Part shown: one piece after another, positions 36,665 through 45,815 of the stretch
Numbering within the stretch: position 1 is the first letter of the stretch
How the letters are laid out: each line of letters opens with the position of its first letter
Assembly (NCBI GenBank): GCA_041664165.1
Contig: JBAYLH010000001.1
Coordinates: forward strand, 9,469-73,468
Origin: Candidatus Buchananbacteria bacterium
GTDB taxonomy: Bacteria; Patescibacteriota; Patescibacteriia; Buchananbacterales; UBA6539
Reading direction: 5' to 3'
DNA length: 64,000 nt
The notes under the pieces: model-generated
The model's input: only the letters and a program-made list of their open reading frames with translations
The model's database searches: none
Told to the model about the DNA's origin: nothing
Position numbers and translations under genes: made by a program

Positions 36665-38053
36665 TTACAATTCGTAATGGGCTTTGGCAATGGCTAGCTT
36701 TGTCTTTTGAGCCAGCGACTTTAAAGCCGGACTAATCTCAGACGAATATTTTACCCGCTGATTAACCGCGAATAAAGCCGGGCTGAATTTTTTGCACTCG
36801 GCTTGATAATGCTGATTTATTTTTTGCAAAGCCGGCAGTTTACAAACCAGCTTGCCTTTTTTAATAATCGGCATCAGCAATTTTTTACCGCTAATTTTTT
36901 CCTCATCCAGTCCGACGATATCTCTAAAATATTTTCCGTCCTTAGTTTGGCGAAAGACCTGCTTTTTCCCCGGATAAGATAATTTGCCTTCGGAAAGTTT
37001 CATTTTGGGAATTACGGCTGACCCGTCAATCATTTCGCTTAGCTTGCTGACAAAGCCTAATTTCGGCGCATCCGGCGAGGTGGTCAGCTCTTCCCCGCCC
37101 ACGACCACATCGGCAATCATGCCTTGTTTATACATCTTGGTAATTTTATATTCATCTAAGTTTGAGATTAAAATTATCTTAACTTCTTTCAAGCCCGCCT
37201 GATCTAATTTTTTTCTGGCAATTTTGCTTTGTTTGACCAAATCGCCGCTATCGAATTGAATCATATTCGGAAACGGTTTTTTTTGCTTCTTCAATTCTTT
37301 GGCGACTTTGATGAAAATAGCCAAACCTTTCATTGAATCATAAGTATCAAGTAGCCAAAGTCCCCGACCCCGGCAATATTTAGAAAAAACCCTTAAGGCC
37401 TGCTCTTCGGTGGCAAAAGAAGAAATAAAAGAATGAGTAACAGCGCCTTTTTCAACTTCCAAATTATTGCGCAAACCAAATATCGGCATAGCCGCCAGGT
37501 CAACCCCGACCGACTTAGCCGCTCTTAAAGCGATCGCGGAAGCTTGCGGGCCGTGGGCGCGGATAAAATTAACGCCGGTCGTTATTCCCGGTTTAACCGA
37601 ATGGACAAACCGCGACATTTTGGTAGTCAGAACCGAATAAGCCATCACCGCATTTAAAACATAGCGCTCAATAATCTGAGCTTCGATTAAAGGCGCACAG
37701 ATTCGCATAACTGGTTGGTAAGGAAAAAATAGTGAGCCTTCCGGCATCGCGTATAAATCGCCGGTAAACCGAAAATTACGGTAATATTCCATTACTTCAT
37801 CGGAAAAATTATAGCCTTTTTTCAGATATTCAAGCTGGGCTTGATCAAATTTCAAATTGAGTAAATAATCAACCACCGGCTCCAGCCCGGCAAAAACTAG
37901 ATAATTGCGGCAAGCCGGCATTTCGCGGACAAAAATATCATGAGTGCCCCAAAGATTCTGCATTCCTTCAGAAACCATCATTCCACCCGTGGCAATGAAC
38001 CCGCCGCTGGTAAAAAGCGACAATTCCTCTTGGGTAATAAATTCATTAAACAT
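36665..38053 (-). CDS. Nicotinate phosphoribosyltransferase (PncB)-fold protein with divergent active site, paralog 2
   Basis: AGLE, FTGDLYAMPEG, APLIEAQ, THSFI, LLDTYD, DSGDL, PKMKLS, PGKKQVFR. Confidence 0.85.
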   Translation of the reverse strand: MFNEFITQEELSLFTSGGFIATGGMMVSEGMQNLWGTHDIFVREMPACRNYLVFAGLEPVVDYLLNLKFDQAQLEYLKKGYNFSDEVMEYYRNFRFTGDLYAMPEGSLFFPYQPVMRICAPLIEAQIIERYVLNAVMAYSVLTTKMSRFVHSVKPGITTGVNFIRAHGPQASAIALRAAKSVGVDLAAMPIFGLRNNLEVEKGAVTHSFISSFATEEQALRVFSKYCRGRGLWLLDTYDSMKGLAIFIKVAKELKKQKKPFPNMIQFDSGDLVKQSKIARKKLDQAGLKEVKIILISNLDEYKITKMYKQGMIADVVVGGEELTTSPDAPKLGFVSKLSEMIDGSAVIPKMKLSEGKLSYPGKKQVFRQTKDGKYFRDIVGLDEEKISGKKLLMPIIKKGKLVCKLPALQKINQHYQAECKKFSPALFAVNQRVKYSSEISPALKSLAQKTKLAIAKAHYEL

Positions 38054-38067
38054 AATTAATTATTTAT

Positions 38068-39453
38068 TTATAAATCATAATGGACTTTATAAATCGTCTT
38101 TTTGGTTTTTTGAGTCAATTTGGCTAACTCCGGACTGATTTTTACCTGATAACTTGTTTTATGGCTAATGGAAAAAAGATTGCTGAAAAATTTTTTCCGC
38201 TCCTTTTCGTAGCGGCGGTTAATCTCTTCCGGCGTCGGCAAATTATACCTTAATTTTCCTTTTTCAATCATCGGCAAAAGCAGCCGCTGGCCTTTAATTT
38301 TTTCCGCTTCCAGTCCGACAATGTCTTTAGAATACCGGCCATTTTTAATCTGCCGAAATACCTGTTTTTTCCCAGGCAAAGAAACTTTACCGACTGACAA
38401 TTTCATTTTGGGAATCGGCTGGCCGTTTTTAATAACTTCGCTCAATTTATAAACCACGCTTAGCTTGGGCGCGTCGGGCGAAGTGGTCAATTCCTCGCCG
38501 GCAACATAATAATCAGCTGCTGCTCCCTGCTGATTCATTTTTTTAACCCGGTGTTCGTTCAAATTCGACAGTAACATTATTTTCACGTCTTTTAAATTCG
38601 TCCGGTCAAGCAATTTTCTGGCAACTTTGCTTTGCTTGACCAAATCGCCGCTGTCAAACAAAACATACGGCGGATAAAACTTTTTTTTCTTTTTTAATTC
38701 CGAAGCAACTTTGATAAAAATATCAAGGCCTTTTTTGGCGTCATAAGTATCAAGCAGCCAAAGCCCCTTGCCCCGGCAATATTTGGCATAAGTCCTCAAG
38801 GCCGCTTCTTCGGTCGGAAAAGAAGAAATATAAGCGTGCGTTGTCCCGCCGCTGTCTGGTTTTAATTTGTGTTTCTGGCTGATATAAGGGATACTTGCCA
38901 TTTTAGCCCCGACAATTTTAGCCGAACGCAGGGAAATATTTGAAGCCTCAATCCCTTGAGCTCGCGTGTAATTAAGGCCGCAGCTGACCTGACCGGCGGC
39001 GATGACAAACCGGGAAATTTTTGAGGCTAAAACCGTATAAACCATTACCCGATTGATAATAAATCTTTCAATCAGCTGGGCTTCGATAATCGGCGCCGAA
39101 ATTGTCATTACCGGCTCATTGGCAAAAAACAAACTCCCCTCCGGCATCGCCCAAACATTTCCCGAAAACCGCAGCTGTCGATAATATTTCATTACGGCCG
39201 GCGGAAAACCATAACTTTTTTTCAAATAGCTTAGCTGATCCTTGGTCAATTTATAATCAAGCAAATAATGAATAATGTTTTCCAGGCCGGAAAACACCAA
39301 ATAATTTCTATTTTCCGGCAAGTCGCGGACAAACACGTCGTAAGTTACCCATAAATCTTTCATTCCTTCCTGAAAATAAATCGACCCTAAAACAAAACAA
39401 GCGCCACTGGTATAAAAAGGCAAATCTTCTTTTTCAACGAATTCATCAAACAT
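38068..39453 (-). CDS. Nicotinate phosphoribosyltransferase (PncB)-fold protein with divergent active site, paralog 1
   Basis: SGLE, AMPEG, APIIEAQ, THAYI, LLDTYD, DSGDL, VYKL, PGKKQVFR. Confidence 0.85.
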   Translation of the reverse strand: MFDEFVEKEDLPFYTSGACFVLGSIYFQEGMKDLWVTYDVFVRDLPENRNYLVFSGLENIIHYLLDYKLTKDQLSYLKKSYGFPPAVMKYYRQLRFSGNVWAMPEGSLFFANEPVMTISAPIIEAQLIERFIINRVMVYTVLASKISRFVIAAGQVSCGLNYTRAQGIEASNISLRSAKIVGAKMASIPYISQKHKLKPDSGGTTHAYISSFPTEEAALRTYAKYCRGKGLWLLDTYDAKKGLDIFIKVASELKKKKKFYPPYVLFDSGDLVKQSKVARKLLDRTNLKDVKIMLLSNLNEHRVKKMNQQGAAADYYVAGEELTTSPDAPKLSVVYKLSEVIKNGQPIPKMKLSVGKVSLPGKKQVFRQIKNGRYSKDIVGLEAEKIKGQRLLLPMIEKGKLRYNLPTPEEINRRYEKERKKFFSNLFSISHKTSYQVKISPELAKLTQKTKKTIYKVHYDL

Positions 39454-39456
39454 AAA

Positions 39457-40224
39457 TTATATTCCGCCTCCGTCTTCAAATTCTTCCTGATTTCTCATAA
39501 ACTCACCCAGATTATAACGGCGAAGCTGCTCTTGAGTTTCTTCATCGACCGGCACGCCTAAACTTTGCCAATAATAACTCTCAACAATTTTTTCCGTTAA
39601 TTCCGCGCCTTGCGGCTCATTGCCCAAAACATAAACATTATCCAATATTTTCGGGTCATTAAGCTTTTTTTCTTTCCTGGCTTGCAAAGTTAAAAGGTCA
39701 GTATGTTTTAAAGTTGGATCCAAAATAATCACCGGCCGGACTGGTTTTTCTTCTTCGCCGATTCGCTGACCAATCCGCTCGCTTTCCAACGCCGTAAATA
39801 ATTCAACCACGGTTCCCTGTCCCCCGCCTAAAACGACATAGGCGCTAGACTCATCAACTAAATGGCCCAACCGCTGCGGCAAAGTTTCAGACCGGATAAC
39901 TCCGGCTTTCTTGGCCTCTCTTGATCTTAATTTTTCCGCTTCAAAAGTAAAAGCTTTAACCATTGCTTTTGGTTTCAGTCCGAGCGCTTCGGCTTTTTCG
40001 ACGCCGGCTTCGCTGGCCGCTTTCATCACCCCGCCATAGCCGCCGGTGCCAAGACTAAAGCCATTTTCAACCAGCCGAGTCGCAACTTGACTGGCGTTTT
40101 CGATAGCAATTTTATCTTCTTTGGTTGTCTCGCCGCCGGTGCCAAAAATCGCCACTTGGTAAGCTGCTCGCCGTTCTGACGAATCTTGACTTTCTCTTGC
40201 TCCCTCTGGTCCTTTGGTTCTCAT
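39457..40224 (-). CDS. LOG/SLOG family protein
   Basis: VAIFG, TGGYGGVMKAASEAG, and R...VVLGGGQGTVVE (PGGxGTxxE-like). Confidence 0.85.
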   Translation of the reverse strand: MRTKGPEGARESQDSSERRAAYQVAIFGTGGETTKEDKIAIENASQVATRLVENGFSLGTGGYGGVMKAASEAGVEKAEALGLKPKAMVKAFTFEAEKLRSREAKKAGVIRSETLPQRLGHLVDESSAYVVLGGGQGTVVELFTALESERIGQRIGEEEKPVRPVIILDPTLKHTDLLTLQARKEKKLNDPKILDNVYVLGNEPQGAELTEKIVESYYWQSLGVPVDEETQEQLRRYNLGEFMRNQEEFEDGGGI

Positions 40225-40235
40225 ATTTTTTAAAT

Positions 40236-40943
40236 TTAATTCAATTTCTCAATCGTAATATCATCAAAAGTTTTCGTCTGCCTGGCAACGACTACTCTTT
40301 GCTTAATTAATTCCAAAAGCGCCAAAAAACTGACAATCACTTCGGTTCGATCCTTAGCCTCCCGCAAAATTTCAGAAAAATTAGCCGAAGCCTGGCGGTA
40401 AATTTTTTCCCGGATCTGGGCGATTTTTTCCTGGATACTGATGGTTTTTCTGACGACTTCCGTGGGCAAATTCAAAATCGGCGCCAAACCGCGGATAATC
40501 TCTTCAAAAACTTGGGCTAATTTATTTTTGGTTAATTTTTCCGGCGGGGCAAAACCGATTTCTTCGGCGACTAAAAGTTTTTCGCGGGAAAAACTGAATC
40601 GTTTTTTGCCAATCATTCCCGAAACCACCTTGCACGCTTCCAGGTATTCTTTGTAAATTTTAAGCTGCTTGGTCAGCTCTTCGCCCTCTTCTTCTTCGCC
40701 CCATTCCAAAAACGGCAAGAGCGCTTTGGATTTGATCAAAAGCAATCTGGCCGCAATCACTAAAAAATCAGCCAACTCCTCGGCTGAAACCGCGCTTTGG
40801 GTTGATTGATTTAGAATCTGAATATATTGCTCAGTTACCTGGGCCAAAGAAACTTTGGTAATCTCTAATTTTTGTTCTTCGATTAGCTGAAGCAACAAAT
40901 CGAGCGGCCCTTCAAACTGTTGGACTTTGACTTTATGCATCAT
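40236..40943 (-). CDS. scpA: SMC-Scp complex subunit ScpA
   Basis: FEGPLDLLLQLI, FLVIAARLLLIKSKALLP, FLALLELIK. Confidence 0.95.
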   Translation of the reverse strand: MMHKVKVQQFEGPLDLLLQLIEEQKLEITKVSLAQVTEQYIQILNQSTQSAVSAEELADFLVIAARLLLIKSKALLPFLEWGEEEEGEELTKQLKIYKEYLEACKVVSGMIGKKRFSFSREKLLVAEEIGFAPPEKLTKNKLAQVFEEIIRGLAPILNLPTEVVRKTISIQEKIAQIREKIYRQASANFSEILREAKDRTEVIVSFLALLELIKQRVVVARQTKTFDDITIEKLN

Positions 40944-40945
40944 AA

Positions 40946-41014
40946 AAGCAAATCAAGTTGGCAAGCAAATCAAGTTGGCAAGCTTACCTTACTTGATTTA
41001 CTGAATTCACTAAC
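40946..41014. repeat. 17-bp tandem repeat (AAGCAAATCAAGTTGGC x2) with an inverted arm
   Basis: Exact duplication at 40946-40979 followed by acttgatttact; related array at 42970-43036. Confidence 0.8.
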
Positions 41015-41027
41015 TTTCTATTCATCA

Positions 41028-41621
41028 TTACTTGCGTCTTTTTCCTGTGGCCTTCTTGGTTAATTTTCTTTTTGGTTTTTTAGATGATTTTTTAGCTACC
41101 TTCTTCTTACCACTTTTTTTAACTTTCTTTTTTGACCTAACCTGCAGCTTATAACCGCCCGTTTTGGCAAAATTTGCCAGTTTGGCCTGTTCTAATTCAA
41201 TAAAATCCTTGGCTTTCATTCGAATCGAATCGGTAAAACTGCCGGCAGTCAAAATCACGTCTTTGGTTTTGAGCAGACTTTTATCCACCCAGACTTCGAC
41301 TTTGTGCAAACCGCCGAAAGCTGTCATGGTTCCGGGCTTAACTTTAAAAACCTTGAGCATCATTTTCTCGTCGGGAATAGAAACTTTTTTTACCTTCAGT
41401 GCCTGTTTGAGCTTGGCTAAATCAATTCTCATGTGCGCCGGCACCACGGCGATAATATAAGCTTTGTCCGTGGCAACTAATAAATTCTTGGCAATTTCCT
41501 TGAGCTCTTTTTGCAAAGTCTGCGCCGCGTCATAAGCGGTATAAACGGTTTTATGGGTAATGGCATCGTATTTGGCCAAATTTTTATCGAGATAAGTTTT
41601 GATGTGTTTAGGGATTGGCAT
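41028..41621 (-). CDS. YbaK/EbsC family aminoacyl-tRNA editing protein with a Lys-rich tail
   Basis: HKTVYTA.DAA, IAKNLL, PGTMTAFG, AGSFTDS. Confidence 0.85.
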   Translation of the reverse strand: MPIPKHIKTYLDKNLAKYDAITHKTVYTAYDAAQTLQKELKEIAKNLLVATDKAYIIAVVPAHMRIDLAKLKQALKVKKVSIPDEKMMLKVFKVKPGTMTAFGGLHKVEVWVDKSLLKTKDVILTAGSFTDSIRMKAKDFIELEQAKLANFAKTGGYKLQVRSKKKVKKSGKKKVAKKSSKKPKRKLTKKATGKRRK

Positions 41622-41674
41622 AGATTAGATAATTATAAATTATAAATTATTGATTATTGATTATTGATTTTCAT

Positions 41675-42625
41675 CTAGTTAACTGGCGCTGCCTGGGGTA
41701 CGGGGGCAGGTATTATTTTGCCATTTAAGGAATCAGTAACCGTTGAATTAAAACACTGATAGCCTGCCTGGTGATAAGACCAATCTTTGTTGCCGCCATA
41801 AGTATAATCCCGATTGTTTGAGTCTACGGCCAAAGAAAAAGTCGCGCAAAGTTCGTAGTTTTTATCGCCTAAAATTTTGTAACCATAAGGTTTCTCGTTT
41901 TCCGGATCTTTAAACTGAGCAAATTTTGCGGCCGTCAAATCAGCGGGCAATTTTTTATTTTGGGCATAATCATCATTAATCATTCCGTCAAGATTATACA
42001 AATCGCTAATTCGCTGCTGATCAAATTTAATGAGTCGAGCCTGGGCTGGCGAATCGATAATCATAAACCCACCAATTACTGAGGCTAAAGCAATAATAAC
42101 AACTATAATCATGGCCAATTTGGAAACTAGGCTTTTCTGGCTAAAATCTTTTCTGGTTAAATCATAAAGATAATAGCCGAAAATCCCGCCGGCAATTACA
42201 AAAATTACCAGGGTTTTTAAAACGACCGCCATCGCATAATCGCCGTCTAGAAAGCGGAAAAGCTGGTAAATCAACCGGCCGATGATGGTTAAAGCCGAAA
42301 CTAAAAGCATTAAATAAGTCAGCCAGCGATGAACGCCGCTTTGATGGCTAAGCTTGCCAATTTTATAATTATGATGCAGCCAGCCGGAAATTGCCAAATA
42401 GACCGGCGTCAAAATTATGGCCGAAGCAATGCCGAATTTAAGCGGACCCTGAGAAAAAACAGCGACATAATCAATGGCTTTGGCAGTAAAAAATTTGTTG
42501 ACGATCTGAAATAAAATCATGCCAATGGCAATTGACATCCAGCCAACCGTAATCAAGCTTAGCAGATTCAAAAAGGCGTCTAAAGCCCCTTTGCCTTTAA
42601 ATTGTTCTTGAGTTTGTGTCTCCAT
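41675..42625 (-). CDS. Membrane protein (DUF5671-like) with a pilin-like C-terminal region
   Basis: Five TM helices, RWLTYL, SP..AR...FDQQRISDL, DPEN..PY.Y, YELCATF. Confidence 0.65.
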   Translation of the reverse strand: METQTQEQFKGKGALDAFLNLLSLITVGWMSIAIGMILFQIVNKFFTAKAIDYVAVFSQGPLKFGIASAIILTPVYLAISGWLHHNYKIGKLSHQSGVHRWLTYLMLLVSALTIIGRLIYQLFRFLDGDYAMAVVLKTLVIFVIAGGIFGYYLYDLTRKDFSQKSLVSKLAMIIVVIIALASVIGGFMIIDSPAQARLIKFDQQRISDLYNLDGMINDDYAQNKKLPADLTAAKFAQFKDPENEKPYGYKILGDKNYELCATFSLAVDSNNRDYTYGGNKDWSYHQAGYQCFNSTVTDSLNGKIIPAPVPQAAPVN

Positions 42626-42652
42626 ATTTTTTTTAAAATTAAAAATTAGAGC

Positions 42653-42964
42653 TCATTTTTTAATATTTTTAAATGGCAGTTTTTGCTGAAAGCCAAATAG
42701 ACTTTTGGCTAACTTGCTGCCTTTAGGGGTTAATTTAACCTGTTTGATAAACCACTTATGCGACGTTTTCCAGCCGTAACCGATTATCAGCTCTTTTTTA
42801 ATCAGCCGCTCTACACTTTTGGTGATGATATTAATCGCATCTTTGGCTTTTGGCAATTTAGATTTGTTACTATAAAAATGTTCCAAAGTTGCTTTAGAAA
42901 TTATTTTGTCTTTCGTTTGGACACACTGCTTTAGGATGTATTTTTGGAGAACGGAAAGTTTCAT
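42653..42964 (-). CDS. Small basic protein, winged-helix-like
   Basis: LSVLQKYIL...ITKSVERLIKKELI...VKLTPKG. Confidence 0.6.
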   Translation of the reverse strand: MKLSVLQKYILKQCVQTKDKIISKATLEHFYSNKSKLPKAKDAINIITKSVERLIKKELIIGYGWKTSHKWFIKQVKLTPKGSKLAKSLFGFQQKLPFKNIKK

Positions 42965-43034
42965 AGTTTCAGTAAATCAAGTTTGCAAGCTAACAAGCCG
43001 CTTGATTTACTTGTTGACTTGCCAGCTGGCGAAC

Positions 43035-43703
43035 TTATAACAACTTGAAGTTATTAATTTCCAGCCCGAATTTATAGCCTAAATACTCGGCGGCAATGCG
43101 GCAAAACGCCATGCGTTCGGTAAAAATTTCGAAGTATTCCAGCGGCGCGGAAAATTTGGTGTCCAATTTAAGCCGTAAACTGATTAATTTCCTTTTCGGA
43201 TCAACCACTAAATCATTATCAATGATGGCATAATTAACCCGGTCATGAATGTCTTTTTCAAAATTATAACCCTTAGATTGTTTAACCCGCGACCGATGAA
43301 CATCGGATTTATCGGCTAAAATTAAAACCGCCGTGACGACATCAACAATTTTTAATTCATCTTTATCATGGCTGACAATCGCCTGCATAATCGTTGAAAC
43401 ATCATCGGGATTATCAACTTGATTCAAAAAAACCTGGGAAAAAAGCAAAGCGGCCCAATAATGATGCTGGGTTCGACCCAAAAAATTTCCCAAGTCATGG
43501 CAGTAGCCGGCAATTGACGATAATTCCTGATCGCGCTCTTTTAAACCAAGTTTTTTGGCGATGCTGCGCGCCCGGTCGGCCACGATATTGATATGGCGCA
43601 AACCATGGTCGGTATAACCCAAGGCATTTAAATACTTTTCCGTTTGGCCGATAAAATTTTTAATCTTTTTATCATTTTTAACGATGTCTAAGGTTAATTT
43701 CAT
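43035..43703 (-). CDS. HD-domain phosphohydrolase
   Basis: GYTDHGLRH, HDLGN, H, ADKSDVHRSR. Confidence 0.88.
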   Translation of the reverse strand: MKLTLDIVKNDKKIKNFIGQTEKYLNALGYTDHGLRHINIVADRARSIAKKLGLKERDQELSSIAGYCHDLGNFLGRTQHHYWAALLFSQVFLNQVDNPDDVSTIMQAIVSHDKDELKIVDVVTAVLILADKSDVHRSRVKQSKGYNFEKDIHDRVNYAIIDNDLVVDPKRKLISLRLKLDTKFSAPLEYFEIFTERMAFCRIAAEYLGYKFGLEINNFKLL

Positions 43704-43708
43704 AGGAA

Positions 43709-43765
43709 TTTAGGAAGTTAGGTACTAGGTACTTTAGGTGCTAGGTGTTAGGTTGTTAGGGGTTT
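43709..43765. repeat. TTAGGT-type tandem array
   Basis: ttaggaag ttaggta ctaggta ctttaggtg ctaggtg ttaggtt gttagggg. Confidence 0.8.
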
Positions 43766-43776
43766 AGAATTTTAAT

Positions 43777-45207
43777 TTAATCGGCCATGGCGGTATCAAA
43801 GCCTTCTTCGGCCTCCACGCCTTTGGCTAAAGCAATATTGGCATCTTTTAAAGCCTTCTGGCTGGCCGGACTGGGCGCGCCCATCATTAAATCGCGGCTG
43901 TCGCCGGTTTTCGGAAAAACAATCACTTCGCGGATATTTAGTTCATTTTGTAAAATTGCCATAATCCGATCAATCCCCGACGCAATACCGCCATGCGGCG
44001 GGGCGCCAAAAGTAAAAGCTTCCAACATGTGGCCGAACCGAGCCTGGATTTCTTCTTCTTTCAACCCTAAAAGTTCAAAGACTTTTTGCTGGACTTCGCG
44101 CTGATGAATTCTGATTGAACCGCCAGAAATCTCAAAACCATTTAAAACCAAATCATAGCCATAAGCCCGCCATTTTCTCGGCTCGTCGGGATATTTTTGC
44201 ATATCTTCCGAGTTAGGCATGGTAAAAGGATGATGGCTGGCCACGAGTTTCTTTTCCGTTTCCGAATACTTAAACATCGGCGGATCAATTAACCACATAA
44301 AAGCCAATTCATTTGAATCTTCTTTATTTTTCCTTAAATCCGGCTTATCAGTACCATATTTTTCCAGACATTCGGCGTAAGTCAGCCGCGGGAAAGGTTT
44401 GGTCATTATTTTTTTATCCGGATACAGAGTTTCTACTAATTTGATCATCATCGGCTCAATTAACGCAAAAAGGTCTTCCTGGTCGACAAAACTCATTTCC
44501 AAATCAAGCTGGGTAAATTCCGCCTGGCGGTCGCCGCGGGTATCTTCATCGCGGAAACAGCGGGCAATCTGAAAATATTTTTCCACGCCGGCCACCATCA
44601 AAAGCTGCTTAAATTGCTGGGGCGACTGCGGTAAAACGTAAAACTGACCCGGCCAAAGCCGCGACGGGACTAAAAATTCTCGGGCGCCTTCCGGCGTGCC
44701 TTTGGTTAAAATCGGCGTTTCCACTTCCAAAAATCCCTCTTGGTCCAAATAATCACGAATAAATTTAACTACCCGGTGCCGCATCGTTAAATTATTTTTC
44801 ATTCTCTCGGTGCGCAAATCCAAATAACGGTATTTCAGCCTGATTTCTTCGTTAACTTGGCTTGAGTCTTTATCTAATTCAAATGGCGGCGTTTTGGCTT
44901 CGTTTAAAATTTCCAATTTTTCGCCGGTCATTTCCACGGTGCCGGTCGGAATCTTGTCATTAATCATTTTTTCCGGCCGTAAATTGATAGTACCTTCAAT
45001 GCAAATTACGAATTCCGACCGCAATGACATGGCTAAATTATGCGCCTCGGCGAATTTGGGCTCAAAAACCACCTGCAAAACCCCGCTTCGGTCGCGCAAA
45101 TCAATGAAAATTATCTTACCGTGGTCGCGCCGAGTATGAACCCAGCCGCAAATTCTGACCTTTTCTCCGGCCTTTTTAACCACCTCCGCAATTACTGTTT
45201 TTGTCAT
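43777..45207 (-). CDS. aspS: Aspartate--tRNA ligase (compact, probably non-discriminating)
   Basis: RDHGKIIFIDLRD, LPQSPQQFKQLLM, CFRDED, GGSIRIH, PPHGGIASGIDR. Confidence 0.95.
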   Translation of the reverse strand: MTKTVIAEVVKKAGEKVRICGWVHTRRDHGKIIFIDLRDRSGVLQVVFEPKFAEAHNLAMSLRSEFVICIEGTINLRPEKMINDKIPTGTVEMTGEKLEILNEAKTPPFELDKDSSQVNEEIRLKYRYLDLRTERMKNNLTMRHRVVKFIRDYLDQEGFLEVETPILTKGTPEGAREFLVPSRLWPGQFYVLPQSPQQFKQLLMVAGVEKYFQIARCFRDEDTRGDRQAEFTQLDLEMSFVDQEDLFALIEPMMIKLVETLYPDKKIMTKPFPRLTYAECLEKYGTDKPDLRKNKEDSNELAFMWLIDPPMFKYSETEKKLVASHHPFTMPNSEDMQKYPDEPRKWRAYGYDLVLNGFEISGGSIRIHQREVQQKVFELLGLKEEEIQARFGHMLEAFTFGAPPHGGIASGIDRIMAILQNELNIREVIVFPKTGDSRDLMMGAPSPASQKALKDANIALAKGVEAEEGFDTAMAD

Positions 45208-45211
45208 ATTT

Positions 45212-45283
45212 CTACTAATTACGAATAAATACGAATATACAAATACCTAAATTCGTATATTCGTCCAAATTAGTACTTCGCAG
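45212..45283. repeat. Palindromic TACGAAT array (copy 2)
   Basis: Left arm is nearly identical to 14089-14121. Confidence 0.85.
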
Positions 45284-45345
45284 TGAACAAAAATGTTATA
45301 AATTAACACTAATATCATACTATCTTTTGGCTTTTTTCGCAACTC

Positions 45346-45374
45346 TTGACAAAACGAAAAAAAGACGGTAGTAT
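45346..45374 (+). promoter_or_regulatory. Sigma70 promoter
   Basis: TTGACA-N17-TAGTAT. Confidence 0.6.
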
Positions 45375-45457
45375 AGAAATCTATTACTATGTTCCTTTGT
45401 CTCAAATCTGTGGTAAACGCAACCGATTAACTGCTGCCCCGTAAAGGAGGTGATAAC

Positions 45458-45709
45458 GTGGCTACTGCAATTGCGACACCCGACCAGATTCTCCGTGATC
45501 TACTCCAGGCCTGCCATGACGCCAGCGGACACTTGATTCTAGCGGCATTCGAAGAAGATAAGTTCAGAGCCTTAACCCTGGAGGAAGGAGCCCATCATGG
45601 AATCAAAGACGCACCCCAGCCCGACCAGCGCTGGAAAAACCAGGTCACTATGCCGGCCGGCGAGGTTTTTGAGATACGTACACCTCATCCTCTCGCATTG
45701 GCCGACTAA
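45458..45709 (+). CDS. Hypothetical orphan protein
   Basis: SD AAAGGAGGTGAT with GTG start, promoter upstream, T-run downstream. Confidence 0.6.
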   Translation: MATAIATPDQILRDLLQACHDASGHLILAAFEEDKFRALTLEEGAHHGIKDAPQPDQRWKNQVTMPAGEVFEIRTPHPLALAD

Positions 45710-45815
45710 TAACACAGGCCCCCCCTCTCCGAGAGAACGCCAAAAACGTCCTCTCTTTTTTTTATAAAAAAAGCCGCTCCCATTCCCTGCAGGAGTAGAA
45801 GCGGTTTTTGGCTTT

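Noticed and set aside
36665-39453. Canonical pncB NAD salvage or phage NAD-reconstitution pathway
   Set aside because: Substrate-binding motifs are replaced, and no NadD/NadE/NMNAT or PRPP-synthetase-like gene is adjacent, so no gene symbol was assigned.
29499-43765. TTAGG(G/T) arrays as telomeric repeats or eukaryotic contamination
   Set aside because: They are short, degenerate, period 7-8, and lie between bacterial genes.
14089-45283. Short repeat arrays as CRISPR arrays
   Set aside because: Units are 7-17 bp, abut each other with no unique spacers, and no cas genes are present.
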